The translations under genes and the position numbers were made by a program. A model generated the notes under the pieces. That model was not told the origin of the DNA and ran no database searches. It saw nothing but the letters and a program-made list of their open reading frames with translations. Source: Robiginitomaculum sp. (GTDB lineage Bacteria > Pseudomonadota > Alphaproteobacteria > Caulobacterales > Maricaulaceae). Taken from it: DNA of 64,000 bases. The stretch's first letter is position 1. The number at the start of each line of letters is the position of its first letter. The stretch covers positions 39,084-103,083 of the forward strand of contig JAJFFS010000006.1 of NCBI GenBank assembly GCA_021776515.1, given 5' to 3'. Positions 19,487-29,776 of the stretch are shown in pieces.

Positions 19487-20170
19487 TCACCCCCGTTTGC
19501 GCACAATTTGATAACCGGAACGCATGAGGTATTTAAACGGTGCGCTGACGATATGAACAAGACGGGTGAACGGAAACAGCAGGAATATGGTCAAGCCCAG
19601 CACGATATGCGCCTTAAAGACCAGCGCTTCTTCGGCCATAAATTCGGCGGCGCCGCCCCTGAAGGTCACAATGTGCTGCGCCCATTCGGCCAGTTTAATC
19701 ATGGAGGAACCATCCAGATGCTTGGCGCTTTGCGGTATGGTCATGAGCCCTAATACAAGCTGTGCAAAGAGGATCAGCAATATCGCCATATCCATAAATT
19801 TGGTGGTGGCCCGCACCCGGTCCTGCGTTGTCCGTCGCCAGATAAGGATCAGCATACCAACCAGACAAATGGTACCAAAAATACCGCCCGCTGCCATCGC
19901 CAAAATTTGTTTTTGCCCGGCTGTGACAAATGGCTCATAAACCCAATGCGGGGTCAAAAGACCAACCAGATGCCCCATAAACAAAAGCAAGATACCCACG
20001 TGAAACAAATTGCTGCCCAGCCGTAAACCTTTGGAATGTAACAACTGACTGCTGTCAGCCTTCCATGAATAGGGGTTTTGATCATAGCGCAAAACAGAGC
20101 CGACAACCATCGTCATAATGGCAATATAGGGGTAAATGCCAAACAGGAATGTGTTCATATATTCGGCCAT
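19487..20170 (-). CDS. narI: respiratory nitrate reductase gamma subunit
   Basis: 227 aa with five TM helices and conserved haem-ligand His context. Last gene of the narGHJI order. Its start overlaps the narJ stop (TAATG). Confidence 0.93.
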   Translation of the reverse strand: MAEYMNTFLFGIYPYIAIMTMVVGSVLRYDQNPYSWKADSSQLLHSKGLRLGSNLFHVGILLLFMGHLVGLLTPHWVYEPFVTAGQKQILAMAAGGIFGTICLVGMLILIWRRTTQDRVRATTKFMDMAILLILFAQLVLGLMTIPQSAKHLDGSSMIKLAEWAQHIVTFRGGAAEFMAEEALVFKAHIVLGLTIFLLFPFTRLVHIVSAPFKYLMRSGYQIVRKRG

Positions 20171-20835
20171 TACAAGCCTCCTGCAATTGGGGTTTCATCT
20201 GGCGCGCAAGTGCCGCAATCCGGTGCGCCGGTAAAGGCTTCGGGCTCTTTCCATTGCTCATCCAGCTCGTCCAAAGTTTTGATGTCTGGCAGAGCGGCAT
20301 CGGCGGCTTTGGCAATCTCGGCCTTGCTTAGCTTGGCACCTGAAAGCGCAACGATAGCCGCCATCACCGAAGCATAACCGGATTTGCCGCGTTTCAGTTT
20401 TTCACCAATGGTGGCGATAACCGGCGCGGCCTGGGCCAACGTCTCCAAACCTTCCTCTGGTTCGCAAATGGAAACAAATTCCAGAAACAGCGGCAGATAA
20501 TCGGGCAGCTCGCCCGTACCAATTTTCAAGCCTTTTTCCTGATACTTGTCGGCCAGCTCGATCATAGCCTGCCCGCGAAAGCGTGATTCTCCATGCACAT
20601 GTTCAAACAGGTGCAGACAATGCGCACGCCCCCGGTCAAACAGTTCCACATAGGTTTCCTGCGCCTCCATCAGGTCCACATCGGCCAACTCGTCCATAAA
20701 CCCGGTCAGGTTTTTGAACACCTTGCCTTTAACAAGACCTTCTTCGATTAGCGCCTCTTTTAGCTCATCCATATGACTTAGCCATTCGGCTTGCGGATAG
20801 GCCAGTAGGTGCGACAGCACACGTAAACTTCTCAT
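20170..20835 (-). CDS. narJ: nitrate reductase molybdenum cofactor assembly chaperone
   Basis: 221 aa, located between narH and narI. LLAYPQAEW...ETYVELFDRGRAHCLHLFEHVHGESRFRGQAM is typical NarJ. Confidence 0.9.
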   Translation of the reverse strand: MRSLRVLSHLLAYPQAEWLSHMDELKEALIEEGLVKGKVFKNLTGFMDELADVDLMEAQETYVELFDRGRAHCLHLFEHVHGESRFRGQAMIELADKYQEKGLKIGTGELPDYLPLFLEFVSICEPEEGLETLAQAAPVIATIGEKLKRGKSGYASVMAAIVALSGAKLSKAEIAKAADAALPDIKTLDELDEQWKEPEAFTGAPDCGTCAPDETPIAGGL

Positions 20836-22400
20836 GACGATCCCCCTACAGGTTTGCGGGGCGTGCCGCTAAGGGTATTGTTATGGGTCTGACCACCAAA
20901 CAAATTGGTGCTTTGTTTGGCGCCGGTATTGCAGCCGTTGTCAAAGGAAAATCCGCACTCGGAACGTGTCGAAAACGCAATTTCCTGATCGAACGGCCCG
21001 TCGCCAGCGTATTCACGATGGTTGGTCGGGATAACATAACGATCCTCATAATTGGCAATCGCCATGAGCTGGTACATGTCGTTCATGTCATCCTCGGACA
21101 TGCCAACCTGTTCCAGCACTGCCGGATCTTCGACGCCATCAACGGTTTTGCCACGCATATAAAGACGCATCGCCATCATCCGCTCCAGGGCATTGATCAC
21201 CGGCTCTTCGTCTCCGGCGGTGAGCAAATTGGCCAGGTATTTCGTTGGTATGCGTAAACTACGCACATCAGGCAACATGCCATTTTGTTCCAGCAAGCCC
21301 GATTCCGCAGCCGATTGAACCGGCGAGAGGGGCGGCACATACCAGACCATAGGCAAAGTGCGGTATTCCGGGTGCAGGGGAAAGGCAATCTGCCAGTCCA
21401 TTGCCATTTTATAGACAGGCGAGTTTTGCGCACCATCTATCCAGCTTTGCGGCACCCCGTCGGCCAGCGCACGTTTGATGACCTCCGGATCGTGTGGATC
21501 AAGGAACAGATCGCACTGGCTTTGATAGAGGTCTTTCTCATCAGGTGCCGAAGCGGCTTCCTCGATCTTGTCTGAATCGTATAAAAGCACGCCCAGATAG
21601 CGAATACGCCCAACGCAGGTTTCCGAACAAACGGTTGGCTCGCCCGCCTCGATCCGGGGATAACAGAACGTACATTTTTCTGATTTTCCAGACTGCCAGT
21701 TGAAATAAATTTTCTTGTACGGGCAACCGGAAACACACATGCGCCAGCCCCGGCACTTGTCCTGATCAATCAGAACTATGCCATCTTCCTCGCGCTTGTA
21801 GATCGCACCGGAGGGGCAGGACGCAACGCAGGACGGGTTCAGGCAATGCTCACAAAGACGCGGCAAATACATCATAAAGGTGTTTTCAAATTCACCGTAA
21901 ATTTCTTTTTCCATCTGTTTGAAATTGTAATCTTTTGAGCGTTTTTCAAACTCACCGCCCAGGATTTCTTCCCAGTTCACACCCCAATCGGGTTTTTCCT
22001 TGAACTTGCCGGTAATCGCCGATTTCATCCGCGCCGTTGGTACGGTTTGGCTCTCTTTAGCGGTTTTCAGATGATCGTACTCATAGGTAAACGGCTCGTA
22101 ATAATCGTCAATCAACGGCAGATCAGGGTTGGCAAACAGGTTTGACAACACGCCAATTTTACCACCAATTTTGGGCTTTAGCTTGCCAGCTTTGGTCAGC
22201 TCCCAGCCACCTTTCCACTCTGACTGGTCTTCCCAGTTTCTAGGATAGCCAACGCCGGGTTTGGTTTCCACATTGTTGAACCAGGCATATTCAACGCCGC
22301 CTCTGCTGGTCCAGACGTTTTTGCAGGTCATGGAACAGGTGTGACAGCCAATACATTTATCCAGATTGAGGACCATGCCGATTTGCGCACGAATAGTCAT
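20832..22400 (-). CDS. narH: respiratory nitrate reductase beta subunit
   Basis: 522 aa. Ferredoxin-type cysteine groups CIGCHTCSMTCK, CEHCLNPSCVASCPSGA and CRGWRMCVSGCPYKK. Confidence 0.97.
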   Translation of the reverse strand: MTIRAQIGMVLNLDKCIGCHTCSMTCKNVWTSRGGVEYAWFNNVETKPGVGYPRNWEDQSEWKGGWELTKAGKLKPKIGGKIGVLSNLFANPDLPLIDDYYEPFTYEYDHLKTAKESQTVPTARMKSAITGKFKEKPDWGVNWEEILGGEFEKRSKDYNFKQMEKEIYGEFENTFMMYLPRLCEHCLNPSCVASCPSGAIYKREEDGIVLIDQDKCRGWRMCVSGCPYKKIYFNWQSGKSEKCTFCYPRIEAGEPTVCSETCVGRIRYLGVLLYDSDKIEEAASAPDEKDLYQSQCDLFLDPHDPEVIKRALADGVPQSWIDGAQNSPVYKMAMDWQIAFPLHPEYRTLPMVWYVPPLSPVQSAAESGLLEQNGMLPDVRSLRIPTKYLANLLTAGDEEPVINALERMMAMRLYMRGKTVDGVEDPAVLEQVGMSEDDMNDMYQLMAIANYEDRYVIPTNHREYAGDGPFDQEIAFSTRSECGFSFDNGCNTGAKQSTNLFGGQTHNNTLSGTPRKPVGGSS

Positions 22401-25400
22401 TGGGCTGCCTCCATGTTGTTCGATTGGCCTTCAACATAGGGCTCTTCCATCCAGTCCACCGTGTTGGTTTTACGCAAAATGACAAACTCATCACGGTTGG
22501 ACCCAACGGTGCCATAATAATTAAAGCCCCATGATAATTGCGCGTAACCGCCAATCATGTGTGTGGGTTTCACCACCGCTTTGGTGACCGAGTTGTGAAT
22601 ACCGCCGCGCTTGCCTGTAATGCGGCTGCCGGGGGTATTCATAGTTTTTTCCTGCGCGTGATACATCATGCACATGCCTTCTGGCACTCGCTGACTAACC
22701 ACGGCGCGGGCGGTAATGGCCCCGTTGACGTTGTAAAGCTCAATCCAGTCATTATCAGCCACATCAACCTTGCGCGCGTCAGTTTCCGAAAGCCAGACAA
22801 CCGGCCCACCACGGTTCATGGTCAGCAGTAAAAGATTGTCTGAATAGGTCGAATGAATGCCCCATTTCTGGTGCGGAGTTATCCAGTTCAGTGTAATCTG
22901 CTTCACATCTCCGCCGCGTTCCTTCACCGAATTGGTGATGGTTTTGGTGGAAATTGGTGGCTTGTAAACACACAGACTCTCGCCAAAATCGCGCATCCAT
23001 TCATGATCCTGATAGAACTGCTGGCGTCCGGTTAGCGTGCGCCACGGGATCAGCTCATGCACATTGGTATAACAGGCGTTATAGCTGACATGTTCGTCCT
23101 CAAGGCCAGACCAGGTGGGCGAAGAAATGATCTTGCGCGGTTGCGACTGAACATCCCGAAAGCGGATTTTTTCGTCCTCTTTGGGGCGTGCCAGATGGGT
23201 ATGATCCCGCCCGGTGGTTTTGGACAGATCCGCCCACGCCTTGACCGCAACTTGCCCATTGGTTTCAGGGGCCAGCGACAAGATAACTTCTGTGGCATCA
23301 ATGTCGGTTTCAATACGCGGTTGGCCTTTGCTGACCCCCTCTTCGCGCACCACTTTGTTCAATTTACCCAGCAACTCCACTTCGGCCTCGGTATTCCAGG
23401 AGACACCTTTGCCACCATTGCCAAGCTTGGCCAGAAGCGGCCCAACAGAGGTAAACTTCTTGTAAAGGTTAGGGTAATCCCGTTCTACCTCGACAAGATT
23501 AGGCATGGATTTACCCGGAACCGGATCGCAATCACCATTTTTCCAGTCCTTGACGCCCAGCGCCTGACCCAGCTCGCCGGGGGTGTCGTGCAGGATAGGC
23601 ACCGTAACCAAATCCTTCTCCACGCCCAAATGCCCCTTACAAACTTCTGAGAATTTTTTGGCCAGGCCTTTGAAAATATCCCAATCCGAGCGGCTTTCCC
23701 ATGCGGGATCAACGGCCCGGCTAAGCGGGTGAATGAACGGGTGCATATCCGAGGTGTTCAGATCGTTTTTCTCGTACCAGGTGGCAGTTGGCAGGACGAT
23801 GTCTGAATAAACTGCCGTGGTGGACATACGAAAATCAAGCGTCACCACCAGGTCCAGTTTACCCTCGGGAGCGTCGGCATGCCATTTCACTTCGGATGGC
23901 TTTGCTGAACCCGTTTCGCCCAGATCCTCATTCATCATGCCGTTTTGTGCACCCAGCATATGGCGCAGAATATATTCATGCCCCTTGCCGGACGAACCCA
24001 GAATGTTAGAGCGCCAGACAAACAGATTACGCGGAAAATTATCTGCGCGGTCAGGGTCCTCGGCTGCAAATTGCAGATCGCCGGATTTAAGACTGTCCAC
24101 CACATAATCCTTGGTAGATTTGCCGCTCTTTTCAGCTTTGGCAGATAGCCTCAGCGGGTTTTCATCCAGTTGCGGTGCAGAAGGCAGCCAGCCCATGCGT
24201 TCGGAACGCACATTGCAGTCGATCAACGAATGGTCTTTCCATTTATCCGCTGAGGCCAGAGGCGAGAGAATTTCATCCACGCCCAGTTTCTCATAACGCC
24301 ATTGATTGGAGTGGTTATAGAAAAACGAGGTGGAATTCATTTGCCGTGGCGGGCGGCTCCAGTCCAGCCCAAAGGCCAAAGGCAACCAGCCGGTTTGCGG
24401 ACGCAGTTTTTCCTGACCCACATAGTGGGCCCAGCCACCGCCTGATTTACCAATACAGCCACACATCATCAGAAGATTCATAATCCCCCGATAGGTCATG
24501 TCCATATGATACCAATGGTTGATGGCCGCGCCCAATATCACCATGGAACGCCCACGGGTTTTGTCGGCATTTTCGGCAAATTCACGGGCGACCTGAATGA
24601 TCTTGTCAGCGGAAACACCAGTGATTTTTTCGGCCCATGCTGGCGTATAAGGGACGTTGTCATCAAAGCCCTTGGCCACATTTTCGCCGCCCAGACCACG
24701 GTCTATGGCATAGTTCGCCGCCATCAGGTCATAAACGGTTGCAACATAAGCAGTTTTTTTGCCTTTAAGGGTGACCTTGCGCACGGGAAGTTTGCGCACC
24801 TGTATACTGTCATGGTCGGTGTGGGCAAAAATTTTGCTCTCGTGTTCCTGATTGCCAAAGTAAGGGAACGCCACGTCCAGCACATCATCGGGTTTATCTA
24901 TATTACTCAAAGACGGCCATATATCCTCGCCCGAGACATTATCCTTGGCCTCCAGATTCCATTTGCCCTTCTCGCCCCAACGCGAACCAATAGTACCGTT
25001 AGGAACGCGGTGACTTTGCGAGCCTTCATCAAAAACAACAGATTTCCATTCAGAATTATTTTTAACCTTCAGTCCGCCGGTAAAATCAGAAGCACGCAAG
25101 TTACGGGTGGGAACATAATGGTCGCCCTGTTTTTCCAGCAAAACCTGCATCGGCATATCAGAATAATTGCGTACATAGTCGGTGAAGTATTCCGACTTGC
25201 CGCCAAGGTGATATTCCTTGAACACCACATGCCCCATGGCCATGGCCATAGCCGCATCGGTACCCTGACGCGGGTTTAGCCAAATGTCGGTCAGTTTGGC
25301 AACTTCGGAATAATCCGGCGTTACCGAAACCGTCTTGGCACCCTTATAGCGCACCTCGGTAAAGAAGTGTGCGTCCGGTGTGCGCGTTTGCGGCACGTTG

Positions 25401-26164
25401 GAGCCCCAGGCGATGATATAGGATGAATTGTACCAATCGGCACTTTCAGGCACATCAGTTTGTTCGCCCCAGGTTTGCGGGCTTGATGGTGGCAGATCGC
25501 AATACCAGTCATAAAAGCTAAGGCATACGCCGCCCATGAGCGACAAATAACGCGAGCCAGCCGCATACGAGACCATCGACATGGCCGGGATGGGCGAGAA
25601 ACCAAACACCCGGTCCGGGCCAAATGTTTTGGTGGTGTAGACATTGGCGGCGGCGGTGATCTCGTTCACTTCGTCCCAATCGGCACGAACAAAGCCGCCA
25701 AGGCCGCGCATTTTTTTGTAATCCCTGGATTTTTCAGGATCAGAGACAATGCTGCCCCAGGCCAGAACCGGATCACCGTGTTCCATCTTGGCAGCACGAA
25801 AGGCGTTTAACAGCCGCGAACGAATAAGCGGATATTTCAGCCGGGCCGCAGAATACAGATACCAGGAATAGCTGGCCCCGCGTGAGCAACCGCGTGGCTC
25901 GTGATTGGGCATATCGGGCCGCGTGCGCGGATAATCCGTTTGCTGTGTCTCCCAGGTGACCAGGCCGTTTTTGACGTAGATTTTCCAGCTGCACGAGCCC
26001 GTGCAATTCACCCCGTGAGTGGAGCGCACAATTTTGTCGTGCGCCCAGCGCCCGCGATAGGCTTTTTCCCAGTCTCTGGCCTCGCTTGTGGTAATGCCGT
26101 GGCCGTTTGAAAACTTGCCTTCAACCTTGGAAAAATAAGTTAGTCTGTCGATGAAATTGCTCAT
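22397..26164 (-). CDS. narG: respiratory nitrate reductase alpha subunit
   Basis: 1255 aa. The N-terminus is nearly colinear with E. coli NarG (DKIVRSTHGVNCTGSCSWKIYVKNGLVTWETQQTDYPRTRPDMPNHEPRGC). Confidence 0.98.
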   Translation of the reverse strand: MSNFIDRLTYFSKVEGKFSNGHGITTSEARDWEKAYRGRWAHDKIVRSTHGVNCTGSCSWKIYVKNGLVTWETQQTDYPRTRPDMPNHEPRGCSRGASYSWYLYSAARLKYPLIRSRLLNAFRAAKMEHGDPVLAWGSIVSDPEKSRDYKKMRGLGGFVRADWDEVNEITAAANVYTTKTFGPDRVFGFSPIPAMSMVSYAAGSRYLSLMGGVCLSFYDWYCDLPPSSPQTWGEQTDVPESADWYNSSYIIAWGSNVPQTRTPDAHFFTEVRYKGAKTVSVTPDYSEVAKLTDIWLNPRQGTDAAMAMAMGHVVFKEYHLGGKSEYFTDYVRNYSDMPMQVLLEKQGDHYVPTRNLRASDFTGGLKVKNNSEWKSVVFDEGSQSHRVPNGTIGSRWGEKGKWNLEAKDNVSGEDIWPSLSNIDKPDDVLDVAFPYFGNQEHESKIFAHTDHDSIQVRKLPVRKVTLKGKKTAYVATVYDLMAANYAIDRGLGGENVAKGFDDNVPYTPAWAEKITGVSADKIIQVAREFAENADKTRGRSMVILGAAINHWYHMDMTYRGIMNLLMMCGCIGKSGGGWAHYVGQEKLRPQTGWLPLAFGLDWSRPPRQMNSTSFFYNHSNQWRYEKLGVDEILSPLASADKWKDHSLIDCNVRSERMGWLPSAPQLDENPLRLSAKAEKSGKSTKDYVVDSLKSGDLQFAAEDPDRADNFPRNLFVWRSNILGSSGKGHEYILRHMLGAQNGMMNEDLGETGSAKPSEVKWHADAPEGKLDLVVTLDFRMSTTAVYSDIVLPTATWYEKNDLNTSDMHPFIHPLSRAVDPAWESRSDWDIFKGLAKKFSEVCKGHLGVEKDLVTVPILHDTPGELGQALGVKDWKNGDCDPVPGKSMPNLVEVERDYPNLYKKFTSVGPLLAKLGNGGKGVSWNTEAEVELLGKLNKVVREEGVSKGQPRIETDIDATEVILSLAPETNGQVAVKAWADLSKTTGRDHTHLARPKEDEKIRFRDVQSQPRKIISSPTWSGLEDEHVSYNACYTNVHELIPWRTLTGRQQFYQDHEWMRDFGESLCVYKPPISTKTITNSVKERGGDVKQITLNWITPHQKWGIHSTYSDNLLLLTMNRGGPVVWLSETDARKVDVADNDWIELYNVNGAITARAVVSQRVPEGMCMMYHAQEKTMNTPGSRITGKRGGIHNSVTKAVVKPTHMIGGYAQLSWGFNYYGTVGSNRDEFVILRKTNTVDWMEEPYVEGQSNNMEAAQ

Positions 26165-26242
26165 GGAATTTGGTCCTAAAAGAATCGTATAGCCTGTATA
26201 AAGGAAAGTTCCGCGGACAGAAGCCCGCGGAACCTGATGCGC

Positions 26243-27850
26243 TTATGGGTTTTTCACATAAGCGTCTTTGCGCAAGTAAAACCACCAATTGATCAATATG
26301 CAAAGCGCATAAAAGGCAGCAAAGCCATAAAGTGCATATTCCGGGGTGGTTAGCTTGATCTGCTCGCCAAACACTTTGGGAATGATGAAGGCACCATAAG
26401 CGGCCACTGCAGAGGTCCAACCCAGAACCGGCCCAGCCTGTTCTTTGTCAAATACCATGGCAATGGTACGAAAGGTCGAGCCATTGCCAATGCCGGTTGC
26501 GGCAAACAGGATCAGGAACAATACCAGGAAGGGCATGAAGTATTCCTGCGGCGTGGCCGAAGCATAGGCCGCTTTCATATAATAGGCGACGCCCAGCGCC
26601 GCAGCGACCATAACAACAGAAATGATTTGGGTGACTTTGGCACCGCCCATCTTGTCGGCAATTATGCCGCCAACAGGACGAATCAACGCACCGATAAAAG
26701 GCCCGGTCCAGGCAAACATCAGGGCACTGGGACCATCAGGGTTTGCCAGATTGTGGGTCATCACCCCGTCAACCATCACATGTTGAAAGCCAAAGATAAC
26801 CTTGATTGCCAGGCCAAATGCGGCGGCATAACCAATGAAGGAACCAAAGGTCATGGTGTAGATAACCGTCATCGCCCAGGTGTGTTTGTTGTTGAAAATT
26901 TTGTACTGGTGATCCAGACTTTTCTTGATGGGTCCGGGGATCAGTTTTAGCGCAAAAACCGTGGCTGCAATAACAAGCGGCAACACAATCCATTTGCTGA
27001 TCATCAAGCCCGAGCCACCCACATCAGCAGGCAACATCAACCATAGGCCAGCCGTTGCCGTAGCAAAGCCGATCAGCAACATGCCGGAAATTTTGGCAAA
27101 GGACCCAAGGGGTGAACCAATATTAGGCGACACATGGTCTGCGGTAATATTGTTCATGCCAAACCAGGCGGCAATGACGATAGGCACCAAAATCACAACC
27201 CAGATGAAACCGGCATTATGAAGGTAGGTATCAGTCCCCGCCGGGATTTTGCCGATCAGCGTGCCAGACGTGGCTTCCAGAACCATGGGTGCGCCGCCGA
27301 ACATGGCAGCGGTCATCACCAATGGCACCAGAATTTGCATGGTGGTCACACCAAAATTACCCAGCCCGGCATTCATGCCCAGAGAGTAACCAGCCATTTT
27401 TTTGGGGAAGAAAAAGCTGATATTGGACATGGAGGAAGCAAAGTTGCCACCGCCAAAACCGGACAGAAGCGCCATGAGCTGGAACTGCCATAGCGGCGTG
27501 TCAGGGTTTTGCAACAGCATCCCCGTTCCCGCAGCAGGTACGATCAGAAGGGCCGTCGTGAAAAAGATGGTGTTGCGCCCACCGGCCAGCCGGATGAAGA
27601 ACGTTGAGGGTATCCGCAATGTCGCCCCGGTCAGACCAGCAATGGCCGCCAGCGTGAACAATTCGGACTGCGCAAACGGAAATCCCAGATTGATCATTTG
27701 CACCGTGATGATGCCCCAATAGAGCCACACCGCAAACCCGCATAAAAGCGCCGGAATGGAAATCCACAAGTTTCGATTGGCAATAGCCTTGCCGGTTGAC
27801 GCCCATTCGGTTTCGTCTTCCGGGTTCCATTGTTGAAGATCTTTTGCCAT
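26243..27850 (-). CDS. narK: MFS nitrate/nitrite transporter, NarK2-like
   Basis: The track ORF starts at 27916. I prefer MAKDLQQWNPEDE at 27850. It has 12 or more TM helices and lies immediately upstream of narG, the NarK2 position in narK1K2GHJI loci. Confidence 0.88.
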   Translation of the reverse strand: MAKDLQQWNPEDETEWASTGKAIANRNLWISIPALLCGFAVWLYWGIITVQMINLGFPFAQSELFTLAAIAGLTGATLRIPSTFFIRLAGGRNTIFFTTALLIVPAAGTGMLLQNPDTPLWQFQLMALLSGFGGGNFASSMSNISFFFPKKMAGYSLGMNAGLGNFGVTTMQILVPLVMTAAMFGGAPMVLEATSGTLIGKIPAGTDTYLHNAGFIWVVILVPIVIAAWFGMNNITADHVSPNIGSPLGSFAKISGMLLIGFATATAGLWLMLPADVGGSGLMISKWIVLPLVIAATVFALKLIPGPIKKSLDHQYKIFNNKHTWAMTVIYTMTFGSFIGYAAAFGLAIKVIFGFQHVMVDGVMTHNLANPDGPSALMFAWTGPFIGALIRPVGGIIADKMGGAKVTQIISVVMVAAALGVAYYMKAAYASATPQEYFMPFLVLFLILFAATGIGNGSTFRTIAMVFDKEQAGPVLGWTSAVAAYGAFIIPKVFGEQIKLTTPEYALYGFAAFYALCILINWWFYLRKDAYVKNP

Positions 27851-27941
27851 GTTCTGGCTCCTTCTGTTGAAAACAATCAGACGCTTTTCCCAAGTGTCCA
27901 AACCATCAGGCACCACGTGCCAAAATTTACCATCCCTGTGA

Positions 27942-27955
27942 TTGACCTAGATCAA
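27942..27955. promoter_or_regulatory. FNR/Crp-type box TTGACCTAGATCAA upstream of narK2-narGHJI
   Basis: One mismatch to TTGAT-N4-ATCAA. It lies 92-105 nt upstream of the narK2 ATG, just after the narK1 terminator. Confidence 0.65.
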
Positions 27956-28003
27956 AAAAATATTTTTTTATGAGTAGGCTGTCTCAATAACGCTTTTGAA
28001 AAC

Positions 28004-28033
28004 AAAAAAACGGGGGCTTGCCCCCCCGTTTTT
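28004..28033. terminator. strong bidirectional intrinsic terminator between narK1 and narK2
   Basis: aaaaaaa-cggggg-cttg-ccccccg-ttttt. A GC stem is flanked by an A-run and a T-run, starting 21 nt after the narK1 stop. Confidence 0.8.
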
Positions 28034-28053
28034 CCGTTTTGTGTGTAGCCACT

Positions 28054-29529
28054 TTAACTGTGTTTGAACTTCACATCAGTCAAATCCACCCCAAGAGCTT
28101 CCAGACGCTTGAGCGCATGGGCTTCTCGACTGCCAAAGACCTTGACCTTGTCAATCTCGTCACTAGCCACCCCTAATACTTCAAGGTGTTTACGAGCCGC
28201 TTCTTTTCTGTGGCGGGTAAAGCCACTGTCAAAGCGCTCTTCAGCTTCGATTTCATCGGCCTTGCTAAAGCGGACAAACAGCGCCAGGAAGGATGCGCAG
28301 GTCACCAAAGCGCCGAGAATGAGGTAGGATGTATGCCAATCCATCTCGCCCTTGAACAAGAAACCCGCCGCAACTGCGCCAACATTACCGCCCGCGCCAA
28401 CGACACCGGCAACAGCACCCAGGGATTTTTTGGAAATAAACGGAACGACCGAAAATGTTGCCCCTTCAGACATCTGGGTAAACAGCGAGAAGAACAGCAA
28501 TGTTGGTATGGCCAGAAACAACACATGCATTTGCGAGAACAGCATCAAAGCCAAACCCTCAATGAACAGCACGATGAACAACCATGTTGCCCGGCCTTTC
28601 AAACCCCACAGCGACGCAAAGTTGTCACCGAATATGCCGCCCAGTGTGCGGGCAAAGATATTCATCAAACCAAAGCTTGCCGCGACCATGCCGGCAGTCA
28701 CCAGGTTGAGACCAAAATAGTCAAAGAAATATAGAGCCAGCGTACCAAAGATAATCAGTTCAATGCCAAAACAGGCGGCATAAATGAAGAATAACATCCA
28801 GACCCGGTAATCTTTTAACGCATGAAAGAAATTCCCGACTGATTTGTTTCTTTCCGGCATTTTGCCCTGGGCGCGCAATTCCTTATAGCTGCCATCGGGT
28901 GCATCCTGAGTGAATACGTAATAGACAACGCCCGTCACCAGAATCACTGCACCGGCAACAACCATTGAGGCACGCCAGCCAAAGGCTTCGTTCATGCCAA
29001 ACCCGACCACAAAGATGGAAAAGATCATCGGCATGGCAAACTGGGTGACACCGCCGCCCAGATTACCCCAACCGGCACTGGTCGCATTAGCCTGACCAAC
29101 AACATTCGGCGCGAACATATTGGTTGTATGGTATTGGGTAATGACAAAGCTCGCGCCGATCACACCAATCAAAATTCTGAAAATCAGAAAGCTTGTATAA
29201 TCCTGAGCAAGCCCAATACCCATAACCGGCAAAGAGGCCAGGACCAACAACCAGGTATAGGTCAGCCTTGGCCCATAATGGTCACAGAGCCAGCCGATCA
29301 GTATTCGGGCAAACACCGTAGCCGAGACGGCCCCGATAATGGTCCAACCGATTTGTTCTTTGGACAGCCCCAATTCCTCTCGGACAACCGCCATTAGCGG
29401 CGCAATACCAAACCAGGCAAAGAAACACAGGAAAAACGCAAACCACGTTACGTGGAACGTTCTGATTTGTATTTTATCGACGCGTAAAAAATCGCCCCAA
29501 AGACTGGTGGCTTTATTTTGTAATTCCAT
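28054..29529 (-). CDS. narK: MFS nitrate/nitrite transporter, NarK1/NNP-like, with C-terminal extension
   Basis: The track start is 29544. The ATG at 29529 sits behind GGAGGAC, which is itself the sequence read as MED in the longer ORF. The MFS core has 12 TM helices, followed by a roughly 75-aa hydrophilic tail. Confidence 0.88.
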   Translation of the reverse strand: MELQNKATSLWGDFLRVDKIQIRTFHVTWFAFFLCFFAWFGIAPLMAVVREELGLSKEQIGWTIIGAVSATVFARILIGWLCDHYGPRLTYTWLLVLASLPVMGIGLAQDYTSFLIFRILIGVIGASFVITQYHTTNMFAPNVVGQANATSAGWGNLGGGVTQFAMPMIFSIFVVGFGMNEAFGWRASMVVAGAVILVTGVVYYVFTQDAPDGSYKELRAQGKMPERNKSVGNFFHALKDYRVWMLFFIYAACFGIELIIFGTLALYFFDYFGLNLVTAGMVAASFGLMNIFARTLGGIFGDNFASLWGLKGRATWLFIVLFIEGLALMLFSQMHVLFLAIPTLLFFSLFTQMSEGATFSVVPFISKKSLGAVAGVVGAGGNVGAVAAGFLFKGEMDWHTSYLILGALVTCASFLALFVRFSKADEIEAEERFDSGFTRHRKEAARKHLEVLGVASDEIDKVKVFGSREAHALKRLEALGVDLTDVKFKHS

Positions 29530-29601
29530 TGTTACGTCCTCCAAAAACCAACTCGACTCCTCGAATTATCGGCCTTGTACTCATTATTGGGTAACAGTGG
29601 T

Positions 29602-29615
29602 TTGACCTACATCAA
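29602..29615. promoter_or_regulatory. FNR/Crp-type box TTGACCTACATCAA upstream of narK1
   Basis: 73-86 nt upstream of the narK1 ATG, in the divergent narK1/regulator intergenic region. Confidence 0.65.
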
Positions 29616-29776
29616 GTATTTTGAACGGCTAGAAAAAGAATGGAAAAATGCGCGCTACGACTTGAAAATTACATGACCAGCATACAGAAAAACTTGCTAT
29701 CAAACCCCTTACCCTTTACTTTTGTGGGCGCGTTCGCCCCTTATGGCAAGGGGCAGTAACAACCTGAACCAGCACC

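Noticed and set aside
22538-25279. Multiple plus-strand ORFs of up to 257 aa (for example 23057-23650 and 24506-25279).
   Set aside because: All lie antisense within narG, whose translation is colinear with known NarG over the full length. They are shadow ORFs.
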